The position numbers and the translations under genes were made by a program. A DNA stretch of 29,517 nucleotides from a bacterium (GTDB taxonomy: Bacteria; UBP14; UBA6098; B30-G16). Numbering within the stretch: position 1 is the stretch's first letter; every line of letters begins with the position of its first letter. Of this stretch, positions 8,051 through 21,000 are shown piece after piece. The stretch is taken from assembly GCA_003645115.1 (NCBI GenBank), contig QNEG01000001.1:1-29517 (forward strand). The letters are read 5' to 3'. Below the pieces are notes generated by a model, which had not been told where the DNA came from, did no database searches, and saw nothing but the letters and a program-made list of their open reading frames with translations.

Positions 8051-11000
8051 ATGAAAAAACTATTTTTCCTATTATTGCTATTCTCGTTTATCATTACACC
8101 AGTTCCCGCTCGGGATAATAATTTCGAGACTAAATTATCCGAAAGACTATCCCAGAAAATACTTACCCTGAAACCCGAAAATAAAATCGATATATTAGTA
8201 TGGCTTACCGAGCCCGATGGCTGGCGGCAAAGACGAGCAGAACTCGAGCAGATGAGGGGTGAGCGTCGAAGAGAATATGCTGTCCAATCGCTTAAGGAAT
8301 TCTATTTTGCTCACTCCACATCTGTTCTGGAATTGGCTGACAGATTGCAAAAGGAGGATGAATTCGCATTCGGTAAGCATCTCTGGGGTGGGTTCTCATT
8401 TTCGGGAAAGGCAACTATTTATGGTATCTGGGCGATTGCTCAACATCCCGATGTCAAATTAATTATGCTAGATGAACCTTTTCCACGCAGATTTATGCTC
8501 CCTTATGATATTGCCGACCCATTTGAAAAAATTAAAATTAGTCTTACTAACTCCGAATACGCTACCCAGGATTTATGCAGAACCACCACTGCCAACGCCT
8601 GGCAGATTACACATACTAATGTCGATGACGCCTGGTCCACTGGATATACCGGAGAAGGAGTGGTGGTCGCAATTATGGATACCGGAATCGATTACGACCA
8701 TCCGGATTTGACAAACAGGATGTGGACTAATCCAGGTGAGACCCCCGGCAATGGTATCGATGATGATAGCAATGGTTATACCGATGATTACTATGGTTAT
8801 GACTTTTTCGACCACGATTCCGACCCGATGGATAATCCCTCCGATGTGCATCACGGGACAATGTGTGCTGGAATGGCAGTCGGCGATGGAGCCTCGGGAT
8901 GGAACACTGGTGCAGCACCAGGTGCGCGGGTAATGGCTATTCGTGTGGGTAATGGCTCTTCATTCGCAGGCTCTTCCGATGAAATCGATGCATTCCAATA
9001 TGTAGTGGAAAATGGCGCCGATGTCGCCAGTATGAGTTATGGTTCATATCCAAACAATAGCGTGAAGGATTACTATCGATATGTAATAAATGCGATATTT
9101 GGTGCTGCCGGTGTTCCACTGACAGTGGCAGCTGGAAATGGCAATGGCGCCGGTGGACATTATTCACCGCCTTATGATATTTCTACGCCTGCAGATATAC
9201 CACCACCCTGGTATAATGCATCTACATCAGACCCCGCAGGACCAGTGCTGGCGGTAGGCGCTACCAACCTTTCCGATGAAATCGCAGATTTCTCATCATA
9301 TGGTCCCACAGTATGGGATTTCAATAGCAGCTATACATCCGGCTGGCACGATTATCCAGCATCCAGTCCACTTATGAAACCGGATATTTCAGCGCCAGGT
9401 GACAATATAATCACCACTTCCTACGGCGGAGGATATGAATATTCCTGGGGAACTTCATTCTCCTGTCCATTCTTAGCCGGAATCACTGCTCTTTTACTGT
9501 CAAAAAACGGAGAATTGACTCCACGAGAAATTGATTCTGTTCTCGAAGTAACTGCGTTGGATATCTCTGACCCGGGACGAGATAATTACTCTGGCGCTGG
9601 TATGGTAAATGCAGATTCTGCGTTATATCTGGTTTCAGGGAAAGCATTGGCAATCGATTCGGTTAGATTCGATGATAGTGCTACTGGCGATGGTGATAAG
9701 AATCTCGACCCAGGAGAAACTGGCAATGTGATTATTTATGTGCGTAATGCCGGTTCTGCATCCGCTTCAGATGTCCAGGTTACTATGACATCTGTCTCCA
9801 ATCCCGATGTATCCATAGTAGATGCCAATTCCAGTTATGGCACTATGTCGCCCGGAGAGACACGAGATAATTTCTCTGACCCTATTCAACTTTCCATATC
9901 TGCTTCTGCAAATTACACAGAATATTGTATGTGTTATCTGAATATCAGCGATGGCAGTGGATATTCTCGACCGGATTCGTTTGCATTCAGGATAGGGATA
10001 TACCCATTGGAAGCTATGTGGCATGACTCACTGGCTACACTCTATATTAGTATTACCAACTGGGCAGGAATCGCCAATCCCGGTGGGATGGCATGGCCCT
10101 GGCCCTCGGATAGTGCCAATCTTCTATATGGCGCATATCCGATGACCGGTAATAGTTCTGCCTATGTCGCCGATAGCTGGGAGGATTTCTGGCCCCTCGA
10201 TTCTATATGGGAATACGAACCAGGTGGTTTCGCCGATAAGGAAACATACACATCCTGTATCGATACCACAAATGACTATTACATCAAGCAATACACTTAC
10301 CAATGGCGTTCTGCTCCCAATGAGGATTTCATCATCTTTTTCTACAAAGTATATAATCGAACCGCATCCACTTTATCCGGAGTTCGAACCGGTTTCTATG
10401 CCGATTTCGATATCAGCCCATACGACTCCAATTATGCGGTCTGGGATGATGCCAACCAATGGGCTTATATGTATGAATCCACTTCCGGTCCATATTGCGG
10501 AATTGTCTCACTGGATGGATATAATTTAGGCAGTGTGGTGGATAATGTCCAATATGTTTATGAGGATACCGGAATGGGCTGGACAGACGATGTGAAATGG
10601 AGTTTCCTAAATGGCACATATAGTGCTGCCACTGGCGCAACACCCAAGGATTGGTCGGTAATTTTATCTTTCGGTCCGTATAGCATACCATCGGAGGATT
10701 TTATTTCATATTGTGCCGCTATCGTGGCGGGAAATAACCTTACCGATTTCCAAAATAACGCAGACCAGGCAAGGACAATATATTCATCGTATGAATTAAC
10801 AGTCGATGACCAACAGAAAATCCCGGAAGATGTATTCCTGTTCGGTGCACATCCAAATCCATTCAACTATGCCACCGAATTGCGATTTGCACTAACCGAA
10901 CCCGCCAGAGTTAAGCTGGAAATATTCGATTTGCGTGGCAGAAAAATTAAAACTCTGACCGACGAGATGAAACAAAGCAAGTTATATTCTGTTAAATGGT

Positions 11001-11104
11001 ATGGCTGTGATGAAACCGGGATTCCAGTTCCCACCGGTATATATTTTGCAAAGCTTAAGACCGAAAAGACCACTGCGATTCGCAAATTGCTACTCACAAA
11101 ATAA
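8051..11104 (+). CDS. Subtilisin-family (S8) serine protease with propeptide, Ig-like domain, beta-rich accessory domain and T9SS type A / FlgD-Ig-like CTD
   Basis: Signal peptide; catalytic triad D210 (VAIMDTGID), H268 (HGTMCAG), S469 (GTSFSCP); oxyanion AAGNG; Ca-loop NGIDDDSNGYTDDYYGYDF; CTD 'AHPNPFN...EIFDLRGRKIKTL...GIYFAKL...KLLLTK'. Confidence 0.95.
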   Translation: MKKLFFLLLLFSFIITPVPARDNNFETKLSERLSQKILTLKPENKIDILVWLTEPDGWRQRRAELEQMRGERRREYAVQSLKEFYFAHSTSVLELADRLQKEDEFAFGKHLWGGFSFSGKATIYGIWAIAQHPDVKLIMLDEPFPRRFMLPYDIADPFEKIKISLTNSEYATQDLCRTTTANAWQITHTNVDDAWSTGYTGEGVVVAIMDTGIDYDHPDLTNRMWTNPGETPGNGIDDDSNGYTDDYYGYDFFDHDSDPMDNPSDVHHGTMCAGMAVGDGASGWNTGAAPGARVMAIRVGNGSSFAGSSDEIDAFQYVVENGADVASMSYGSYPNNSVKDYYRYVINAIFGAAGVPLTVAAGNGNGAGGHYSPPYDISTPADIPPPWYNASTSDPAGPVLAVGATNLSDEIADFSSYGPTVWDFNSSYTSGWHDYPASSPLMKPDISAPGDNIITTSYGGGYEYSWGTSFSCPFLAGITALLLSKNGELTPREIDSVLEVTALDISDPGRDNYSGAGMVNADSALYLVSGKALAIDSVRFDDSATGDGDKNLDPGETGNVIIYVRNAGSASASDVQVTMTSVSNPDVSIVDANSSYGTMSPGETRDNFSDPIQLSISASANYTEYCMCYLNISDGSGYSRPDSFAFRIGIYPLEAMWHDSLATLYISITNWAGIANPGGMAWPWPSDSANLLYGAYPMTGNSSAYVADSWEDFWPLDSIWEYEPGGFADKETYTSCIDTTNDYYIKQYTYQWRSAPNEDFIIFFYKVYNRTASTLSGVRTGFYADFDISPYDSNYAVWDDANQWAYMYESTSGPYCGIVSLDGYNLGSVVDNVQYVYEDTGMGWTDDVKWSFLNGTYSAATGATPKDWSVILSFGPYSIPSEDFISYCAAIVAGNNLTDFQNNADQARTIYSSYELTVDDQQKIPEDVFLFGAHPNPFNYATELRFALTEPARVKLEIFDLRGRKIKTLTDEMKQSKLYSVKWYGCDETGIPVPTGIYFAKLKTEKTTAIRKLLLTK

Positions 11105-11117
11105 AATAAAAAAAACG

Positions 11118-11143
11118 AGGCGAGTAAATTACTCGCCTTTTTT
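11118..11143 (+). terminator. Rho-independent terminator, possibly bidirectional
   Basis: Stem AGGCGAGTA / TACTCGCCT (9 bp, loop AAT), followed by a T run and preceded by an A run. Confidence 0.9.
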
Positions 11144-11201
11144 ATTTGTTTTCCAACAAATAAAGTTTATCTTTAGTTAATTTAGGAAAGGGATTTCTAT
11201 A

Positions 11202-12011
11202 ATGAGAAAATATCGCAATGCACCATTGGGCATATTCGATTCTGGAGTAGGCGGATTAACAGTAGTTAAGGAAATATCGAGACATCTTCCTCAAGAGGAC
11301 ATAATATATCTTGGCGATACCGGTCGCTATCCCTATGGACCTCGTTCTGCCGAAATCGTCCGAAAATTCTCACTCCAGAATGCAAGATTTCTTATGGGTT
11401 TCGGAATAAAAGTGCTTATAGTAGCCTGCAATACAGCATCCAGTGTAGCACTCGATGAATTGACAGAATGGATAACAGTTCCCATTATGGATGTGATTAA
11501 ACCGGGAGCCAGAGCTGCTGTTGAGGTTACCCGCAATGGCAAAATCGGAGTAATCGGCACGGTGGGAACTATTTCATCTGGAGCATATCAGGATATTATT
11601 ATGCGACTTAAACCCGACAGTAAAGTTTTTACCAAATCCTGTCCGTTATTTGTTCCACTCGCCGAGGAAGGCTGGCTCGATGGCGAGATACCGGAGAAAA
11701 TCTCCCGCTACTATCTGAATGAATTGCAACAAAAATCTATCGACACTCTAGTGCTGGGATGCACTCACTATCCATTGTTGAAAAATGTAATCCAAAAAGT
11801 TATGGACGAAAATGTGCAAATTATCGATTCTGCTACTGCGTTAGTCGAGGAATTAAAAAATTTTCTTGTCGGCGAAAATTTATATTCTGACTCGAACCAA
11901 GGGCAAACAAAATATTTCGTAACCGATGCACCACAACGATTTGCAGATATTGGAACTCGATTCCTGGATAGAAAATTATCACAAATTAATTTAATCCAAA
12001 TTGACAATTGA
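11202..12011 (+). CDS. murI: Glutamate racemase
   Basis: GIFDSGVGGLTV, YLGDTGRYPYG, catalytic Cys motifs VACNTAS and LGCTHYP, FVPLAEEG. Confidence 0.97.
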   Translation: MRKYRNAPLGIFDSGVGGLTVVKEISRHLPQEDIIYLGDTGRYPYGPRSAEIVRKFSLQNARFLMGFGIKVLIVACNTASSVALDELTEWITVPIMDVIKPGARAAVEVTRNGKIGVIGTVGTISSGAYQDIIMRLKPDSKVFTKSCPLFVPLAEEGWLDGEIPEKISRYYLNELQQKSIDTLVLGCTHYPLLKNVIQKVMDENVQIIDSATALVEELKNFLVGENLYSDSNQGQTKYFVTDAPQRFADIGTRFLDRKLSQINLIQIDN

Positions 12012-12024
12012 TTTAGCTTTACTC

Positions 12025-12052
12025 TTGATTTTTATCTGGTTTTATATATTAT
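12025..12052 (+). promoter_or_regulatory. Putative sigma70-type promoter for the giant-protein operon
   Basis: TTGATT(12025-12030)-N16-TATTAT(12047-12052). The context is very AT-rich, so specificity is low. Confidence 0.3.
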
Positions 12053-12099
12053 TATATTGAAAAAGTGTGTTAAATTTGAAAATATAGATGGAGGAAATT

Positions 12100-15000
12100 A
12101 TGAATATTAAGAAGATATTCTGTATTATTTTATTGCTTGGGTTTGCGGGAACTGTATTCGGTGATGGTGGATATGCGAGTTCTGCCGGCACTGGTGAGGA
12201 TTATCGCTCACCCGGTAAAGCCTGCTGGTGGACACAACGAGATGATATCGAGTATCCTGTGAGAATCGAAGTTATGGACTCGTCGGTGGGACTCCTCTCT
12301 AATTTCAGGGGTTCATTTGGAGTGGGTGGAATCGGTCCGTTATATGTTCCACTAGCCAGAAATTTCCATTGGCCTGATAGTTTAGCTGGACAGCATTTTG
12401 TCCTCAATATCGATGGAATTTATTATTCATTCGCTAATTATACCAGCGCACAATTGAATGTGTGTGGCACGCCTCAAACACTCAGGCAAATTGATGACTA
12501 TTTCCAGGGAACCGATACCTCTACTGTGGATGGTCAAGTTCAGATTCGTTCTCATTGGAGAATACCGGTTTTGGATGGCTTTATCGATTTCTATCAATAT
12601 ATTAGACCAGTATTTATGGTATTTGGACCGGATAGTTGTGGAATGGCGAGAATTCATTTCAGAGCGATTAATAACCATTATGAATCTCACTCAGTAGGGA
12701 TTAAGATGATGATGGATGTGTATATAGGAACTGGAACTACTCGTGATAGACCGAAAGTGATGATTGCGGGAAGTTATACCGAATTAAGCCAGACCTATAC
12801 TGCGCCTGTCCCTGCATACTGGCAGGGTGCCGATGAAACATATTATTATCCAGGCATTACTGTTGCCAGAGGAGTCCTGCGTGGTGGTGATGCTACTCCA
12901 CCAGATTATTTTATTATCGGAGACCAAATGGGACTATGGCGTCATATCTGGGTGCGAACTGATTGTGAACCCGATTCTACTTGGTGGATGGAAACATTCC
13001 CCGGATTTGCCACTGGCGATGCCGCATTTCTCATTCAGTGGAATCCATATTCCATTCCAGCTGGTGGAAATTTCAACTGGATAACCTATTACGGTTTCGG
13101 TTCGTTCTATGTTCCGCCGAGTGAAATCGAGGTTTCACTTATACTCCCAGACATTAGTTGTCATGATTGTATGTTGGATACTTTGGTGGAAGCCAGCACT
13201 ATCATCGCACAACACGATGATTTAGGCGCAACTTACTATAATGATACTATTTGCCTATATCCACCATCGCCACTGGAAATCGACTCGGTCTATTGGGATA
13301 CCACTATCGTAGGAGGAGAGATACTCAGTGACAATTGTGTCCTTTTCGACAGTCTTCCACCGGATGTAAATGTAAGCATTGGGTGGTGGATATATGTCCC
13401 CCCAGATCTTCATTTAACTGGACTTACCGGTGAAATAGAATACTATGCTAATTCCGGTGATGTAACTACCGCCACAGATTCTTTTGAAACTATTACTGTC
13501 CCTATGTTTTCAGGTATCGGTCCAACTATGGAATTGTTAAATGATACTCTAATGTATTTCAGTTGCACTACATTTACTGTGGATATAAGATATACCGAAG
13601 ATGATTTAGGAATCGACCAGAGTTCGGTTCTTCCCAGTGTGAATGGATATTCCAGCGATGATTTCTTGATATGGGATACACCAATCGACCCGATGTTGGA
13701 TACTTTCCATATATTTGTTCCCGGAACATTGTTCACTGTGGATAGTGTGGGTTCTGCATTAGTAGTAATCCCACCTATAGCAGATGCCTGTGGCTGTCTA
13801 TCTCCGGATACACTTCGAACATTGATATACTGGGATGACCAACCACCAGTGCTGACCGATATGTCACCACCCGATAGTGGATATGTGAATACTCCTAATC
13901 CGGATATTAGTTTTACTATTTGCGATTCCGTATCCGGAATCCAAATAGACAGTATAGATTTTTATTATTCCTATGGTTCCGATATTATCGAGCTTACATC
14001 CAGAGATTTCGGCATAGTCCGCATTCCCAATTCTGATACTTCCTGTGTGGAAATATCTTTCACTCCCACAGACATTCCCAGCGAGACCACTGTCACTGTA
14101 TGTGTGACTCGAGCATTAGATTTTATCGACCCGCCTTGTTCACCCAATGTGATGGATACCATTTGTTGGTCATTCCTGGTGGATTATACCGGTCCGAGAG
14201 TGGAATTTATCGAACCACCAGATACTGTTGCCTATGTCAGTTGTGATACTCCCGAAGTTTGCTTTGTGGTGGAAGATATGAATGGCTTACTCACCGAACC
14301 TTGTGAAAGTTTGGAAGTGTGGATTGGAAGCACTGTATATGATGCCTGTGACCCAAATATGTCCATAAGCGGAGATACAGTATGTATTCTGGATGTATAT
14401 AATTCTCCATATAGTAGTGGCGCTACTGTGGATATCACCATAATGCATCTTTCTGATACCCTGGGCAATTCAGCCGACGCAGTAGGATATTCGTTCGAAA
14501 TGGATACCGAAGGACCCTGGGTATCTGTCGTTGACCCACTGGAATGGTCATTTGTCAATATTCCATCGCCATCCAGTCCGGTCTGTTCTATCCTGGTTAA
14601 TGATGACCTATCGGGTATTGGACTGGATTATGTTACTATAAGAATGTCTATCAATGACGGAGAGGATACAGTTCTCACCTATCCGGAAGATATGGTTTTT
14701 ACCTCCGGATGGCTTAGTATATTTACCGACCTATCCGATGCCGATTATTTGGATACGGTATGTTTCACTCTGGACACTATATTCGATAATGCCCAGGTAT
14801 GTCCGCCCAATATTATCGACCCGCCATTCGAATGGTGCTATGTTATAGATAATCAACCGCCCGAGGCTGAACTGGTTCAACCCGAGGAGGGAGCTGTCTG
14901 GGCTTGCGATGTCACCGAGGGATGGATTTGTATCGATTTTATCGATGTTACCGATGTGGAAAGTGGCAGTATCGTGGTCACTGTTGGAAATTCATCACCA

Positions 15001-18000
15001 GTATCCACAGGGTGGATATATTATTCCGATGTTAATCGCTATTGCGGACCGATACCTGTGGATGCCGAAATCACCTCCTGCGAACCTATACCTATAATAA
15101 TTATGCAGGTCGCTGACACACTGGGCAATGTGGCTTCATATTCCGATACATTCTATATAGTCTCCGACCTCGAACCACCTTATGTCGGCTTAATGTATCC
15201 CGATGACACTACTTTAGCTTATGATTCAATCGCAATAGAAATAATCGATGATTGCTCGCCGATTATCCAAAGTCAAACTTGTTTCGATATATTGGTGCGA
15301 AATATGGGCACCGATGTGGTAAATCTGGAAGTATGTGGAGATAACTCCGATATAAACTGGCATCCTGGACCGTATTCATCCACAGATACTGCATTCTTCT
15401 TTGTGAATTCCATCTTAGATTCTGTGGGAATGGCACTCAGCAACGGCGACAGCATTTACATTTGCGTGACACAATCCTCGGATACTTTGGATGATAATTC
15501 CTGTGGATACAACCAATTTACCGATACCACCTGTCTCGATTTCTTCTACAGTCTGGGTGGACCATCTATTTCCATAGTGGAACCGCCCAGTGGTTCTGCG
15601 ATTTCCTGCGAAAGTCTGTGTGTTACTTTCGCCACTCAGGATAGTGATGGTGTAGATTCCTCCACTGTATATTTGTCCTATCAAATCAATAGCGGACCAG
15701 TCCAGATTGCCACTATAGAATCCTCGTTTGTAACCTGGGTTCCGGGAACTCCAACATCCGCTCCAGATAATATTATTATCTGTATCCCCGATATGTTGAT
15801 GGATGGCGATGAGATATTCATTTCGGTGGATTCATTAGACGATATGTTAGGTGTTCCAACCACTACCGGGCGAAGTGGCACTTATTGGATAGATTGGGAA
15901 CCGCCGAATATCAGCAACTATTGGCCCTCCGATGGCGAGGAAATCGAAACCGCTCAACCATTGATTTGGGTGACTGCTAATGACCTAATCGCTGGAATCA
16001 ATCAGGAAACTGCCTGTTTTACATTCAATTCTACCGTTACTTATTGCTGGGACGATTCTATAGTATATTGGTCTGGTGATGGCGATACTGTATATTTTAG
16101 TTCGGTAGAAGCAGGTGAATTTTTCTCCGGCGGAGATACTATCCAGGTATGTCTCGAACTCGCTGATAATGCCATTTTGTGCGATTCCAATTACACCGAG
16201 TATTGCTGGGAATTCTCTATCGCCGCAGGTGGACCTCTCGCCGATGCTGTAGAACCGACGGAAAGTTCCATCGTCACCTGTGATACTATCTATTCTTTGA
16301 TTATAACAGCTTATGATACCAATGGAGTCGATTGGAATACATTTCATATTATTATCGATGGACCGGGCTCTTTCTATTATGATATCAGTTATCCCGACCC
16401 TGCTTTAACTTTAGCCAATGACACTTTAACAGCGGATGCTATAATCGCCGAGGAGGGAACAGTATGGGTCACCATAGAGGTTCAGGATAGTCTGGGCAAT
16501 GATATTTCTGGTGGAAGTTATGAATACTGGTTCGTAATCGACCATTCTGCTCCGGTAATAGTGGAATATATTCCATTGTGCGATTCCACTGCTATCGATA
16601 TTCCGGAAACTTTATGGGTTATTGCTGAAGACCCATTCGGATATCCCGACCCCGACCTGTTCTGTGTGGGGATAATAGATACCGCCGGTGATACCATTCG
16701 AATATGTGGCGATGAAACCGGTGCGATAGGCAGCAATCTCGATACTATTTTTGTTATACTCGATTCACTCGATTTGGATTTCCACGGTGGCGATACTATA
16801 GTTTGGTGGATAGAGCAACTCGCCGATTATTCCGATATGTGCACTCCGAATTTTGGGCTAACCGGTGATACTTGCACGATTCCAATTTCCGCTACCGGTC
16901 CAGCGGTAGAATTGATAGAACCGATAGATATAAACGGTGATGGATACATATATTTCGGCTGTGAATACCCATATATTTTCCAATTCACTCTGGATGACCC
17001 GGAAGGATACGATACTTCCTCCATTTGCATATACTATTTCTGTATCGATAGTGCTACTGGCGACACCATATCCCGCGAGAATGAATGTTGGCCCGACCCG
17101 GACTTATCCTTATCGGGTGATACATTACTCTGGGATGTGCTTACATTCCCCTGCCCGGAGGGAAATGAATTACACATCACTGTGGAAGTAATGGATAATT
17201 TGATGAATCCACAACGACCAAATAATTTCATAGTAATTATAGATACTTCGGCGCCGGGATTCGAAATAATATCTCCTGCGCCAGAAGAAAGTGTATTGAC
17301 ATTGACACCGGTTATTACACTCGGTTTTCCCGACCCTGCGGGACCGGACACCAATCTGATATGTGTAGAACTTCAATGGGGTGGCTCTACACTTGAGGTA
17401 TGCAATTCCGGCGACACTATAACCTGGTCGTATGATACTCTATTCCTGCACACTCCACCGGGACTTTTCAGCACCGGCGATACTGTAACCATTTGCGTAG
17501 ATAGCGTTTGGGATGCCGCCGATGCCTGCCCAAATTCTGCATTATTGGACACCTGTTATTGGGTATTTATTGCACAGGGCGGTCCGGAAGTTATTATAAC
17601 ATATCCAATCCCTGATTCGGTGGGATTGATTTGTGCCAATGATACATTTATATTCGTATTCTCCGACCCCAATGGATTGGATACCACCACTGTGCATTTT
17701 GCCGATGATGGCACCGAATATCCAATCGGGTCCAATCCATACTGGGCTGATGAAACCACTCTGGTTTATGTTCCATCGTCGCCATATAGCTGGTCGCCGG
17801 TGGAAATTTCCATCTGGGGACACCAGGATATGCTGGGATACGAATCCGATTCGATTGTATTCACATTGGATATGGATGTCCAACCGCCTACTGCTACCTG
17901 GGTTAGTCCCGGTTCGCCACCAGAACCGATTACTATTCCACCTGGAACACCCATAATTCAGATAGAAATTACTGATTCCCTTAATCTGGTGGATAGCACC

Positions 18001-21000
18001 ACTATATTGCTCTGCACTCACGGACTGGATGAATATTGCTATCCTGTGGATGCAGAAGTAGGTATCGATGATACATTGACCTGGGATTGGTTCGAGGGAA
18101 TGCTTACTTATTTTGCAGAATTTTCCAACGATACATTCCTGGCGGGAGATTATGATTCCGTTTGCCTGATTGTCGGCGATGACCCGAACTGTGGTGATTA
18201 TTACAATCTGGATACTATTTGCTGGAGTTATAATGTGTCTGCTGCTGAGGGACCGACACCGACATTGATTATTCCGACTCCGGATAGTGCTACTATCGCC
18301 TGCACAGATTCTTTCTTTATCGCATGGAGTTGTATTACCTCGATAGGACTTCGACATTCCAATGCGGAAATATCTATGCAAATCGGTTCCGATGTTCCGG
18401 TGACTTATGATGACGCCTCGGGAAGAATTTCATATAGTGGTGATACATTATTCTTCAGTCCCGATATGTCGGAACCATTTTCCGATGGCGATACGCTAAC
18501 TATACAAATCCTTCATATCGAGGATGCGCTGGGCAATCCTACCGAGGACCCAGAAACATATACTTACACTTTCTTTATCGATTGGTCGGGACCAGCACTG
18601 ATAGATGCATCACCGGTAGGATTGAGTCTCGACCCATCTCCAACTATATGGTTTTATTTTGAGGATATCAGCGAAATCGACACTATGTCATCGGTGGTGA
18701 CTATCACTGTAGCTGGTGAAACACCTACCACTTATCGAATCACCGATACAGAAATGTTCTGGAATATGGATACGCTATTCATCGATGGGTTGTCATTCGC
18801 AGGTGGAGATTCGGTTATTGTTTGCCTGGACTCCATAGCCGATATTCCCGACACCTGCGGACCGAACTGGACTACCGATACTTGTTTCACATTCTGGCTC
18901 CCACAGGGTGGACCTCTCGCCGAACTGGTTATTCCGATAGATAGCACTACTACTTTCTGCGAGGACCAAAACATAGTTATAGCGTTATGTGATAGTCAGG
19001 GAATATTACTGGACAGTCTGAGATTCTATATCCAGCACAGGGTTAGCGGAGTTACCGACTCATTCGATGCCGACCATATCACAAATCTGGGAATGATAGA
19101 CCATATTTTAGATACATCTGGCACTACTTTCTGTGATACTATTATTGTTCCGCCATTATCATCGTTTGCCGATGGAGAAACGGTTATAGTTACTCTGGAA
19201 AGAGCTATGGATACATTATTCAATCCATCATTCCCATACCAGTGGATGTTCGTGGTAGATTTATCTCCACCCATTGCGGACAATTATGTTCCCGCAATGA
19301 ATGAAACTGTTTATAACTGGAGTCAGCATATTTCCGTTCAAGTCTGGGATGTATTCAGTTGGCTGGATACTATCGCATTGGCGGTGGAAATACTGGACAA
19401 TGGTTCGCTATGGTTCACATTCCGATGGGATTCCACTCAACTCTGGTATGATAATTCCGATTCTACTGTTCATATTCAAATCGATACATTATGGCAAGAA
19501 TTCCACCAATATTGCATAAATATATTCGCACAAGATACCACAGACACCGTGCTATGTCCTGCTAATGATACCGTGTTCTCCTGGTGTTTCTATGTGGGCG
19601 ATGATGATTCTATCGCTCCAGAAATTACTCTGGAGGATTCCTGTTTCTGGCCCGGAATGGTCACAGATTTCTACATCGCTTGCACATTGAGTGATTCATC
19701 TGGAATATACGACGATGCTACCGATACCGCAGGTCAGGGTATTTTCGTGGTATATGATACTACCAATTGTCCCGAAATGGAAACTGGCGACTTTCTGGGT
19801 ATCGAACAGATGGTTTATACTCCGGTCGATTCATACTGGGGAACAGCTATTACTCCCACTGGTGCATTCCCGCAATTCCCGCCGGGGACTCATTTGTATT
19901 ATATAATTTATGCTTACGATAACGATTTCGATTTCGAGAACGAATTGGATAGAGCACAGGCATATTCAGTTTGTGGGACTTGTTATTTCCACGATATCGA
20001 CCCGCCTACTATCTGGGCGATAGACCCCGATAGCGGTTATTTCTATTCCTGCACCTGCGGAACCCAGGAACTGCTGATTGGAATGCACGATTATGATGGC
20101 GTGAGTATCGATGCAGGAACTCTCGCAGTAAATAGTATCTCATATCCGCTGGACACCACCATTTCACCACAAATATCATTTTCCGGCAATGTGGGAATGC
20201 CAGGAACTGTATATGTCCATTTCACTCCCCAGGAATGCTGGGAACACTATGACACTATATCTGTGGATATCTGGGGCTGGCAAGATATATATGAAAATCT
20301 GTATGAAGATTCAATTTATCATTACGACTTTGTGGTAGATTGGGAACCGCCCGAGGTATATTATGAAAATTGCGCTGGCGAGGGTGATACTAATCTGTAT
20401 CTGGAGGAATTCGACACCATCGTGATTCAAATTACCGACCAACCAGCTGGTGTAGAACCAGACAGTATCCAGATAGTGATAAATGGTAAGCATATAAGTA
20501 ATGGTTCATATCCCTCGAGCTATGATTATACTCATATATACACTATCGCCGATAATGGAGTGGAATACGATTCCGCATCTGGCGAACTCGAATTGATTAT
20601 CCCTCGTCTGCCCTATCTTGAAATCGAGAATATGGATTCACTGTGGATAGTGGTTGGACAAGTTTGCGATATATCGCAATCCTGCGGACCGAATTGTGTC
20701 AGCGATGCTATGACCTGCCCGAGATATATAGTAGCAGAATTCGAATGTCGGACACATCCTAATCCATTCACACCTAACAATGATGGTTCTAATGATGAAT
20801 TATTCATCCAGTTCCCCAAGATGGTATTCCGTGATGCCACTGTTTATATATATGATATGGCGGGAATAGAAATTAAGAAAATCACAGTCGGTGATGCTCA
20901 TACTTATGTCTGGGATGGCACCGATAGTCAGGGCAATGATTGCAGACCGGGTGTATATTTGTATGTTATCAAAGTCGATGGCGAGGTTATTTGCACCGGT

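Noticed and set aside
11202-12011. murI as a functional part of the surface-protein system
   Set aside because: It is insulated by a strong upstream terminator and a probable downstream promoter; an ordinary housekeeping gene with no sequence evidence of linkage.
16925-16950. DINGDG motif as a dockerin partner for the cohesin-like domains
   Set aside because: A single DxNxDG loop without the duplicated F-hand and helix pattern of a dockerin; at most a Ca2+ loop.
17542-18381. 279-aa minus-strand ORF, plus the other nested or antisense ORFs in the track (e.g. 22363..22962, 765..1187, 6292..6759)
   Set aside because: All lie wholly within long plus-strand genes, have no recognisable motifs or SD, and are expected shadows of biased codon usage.
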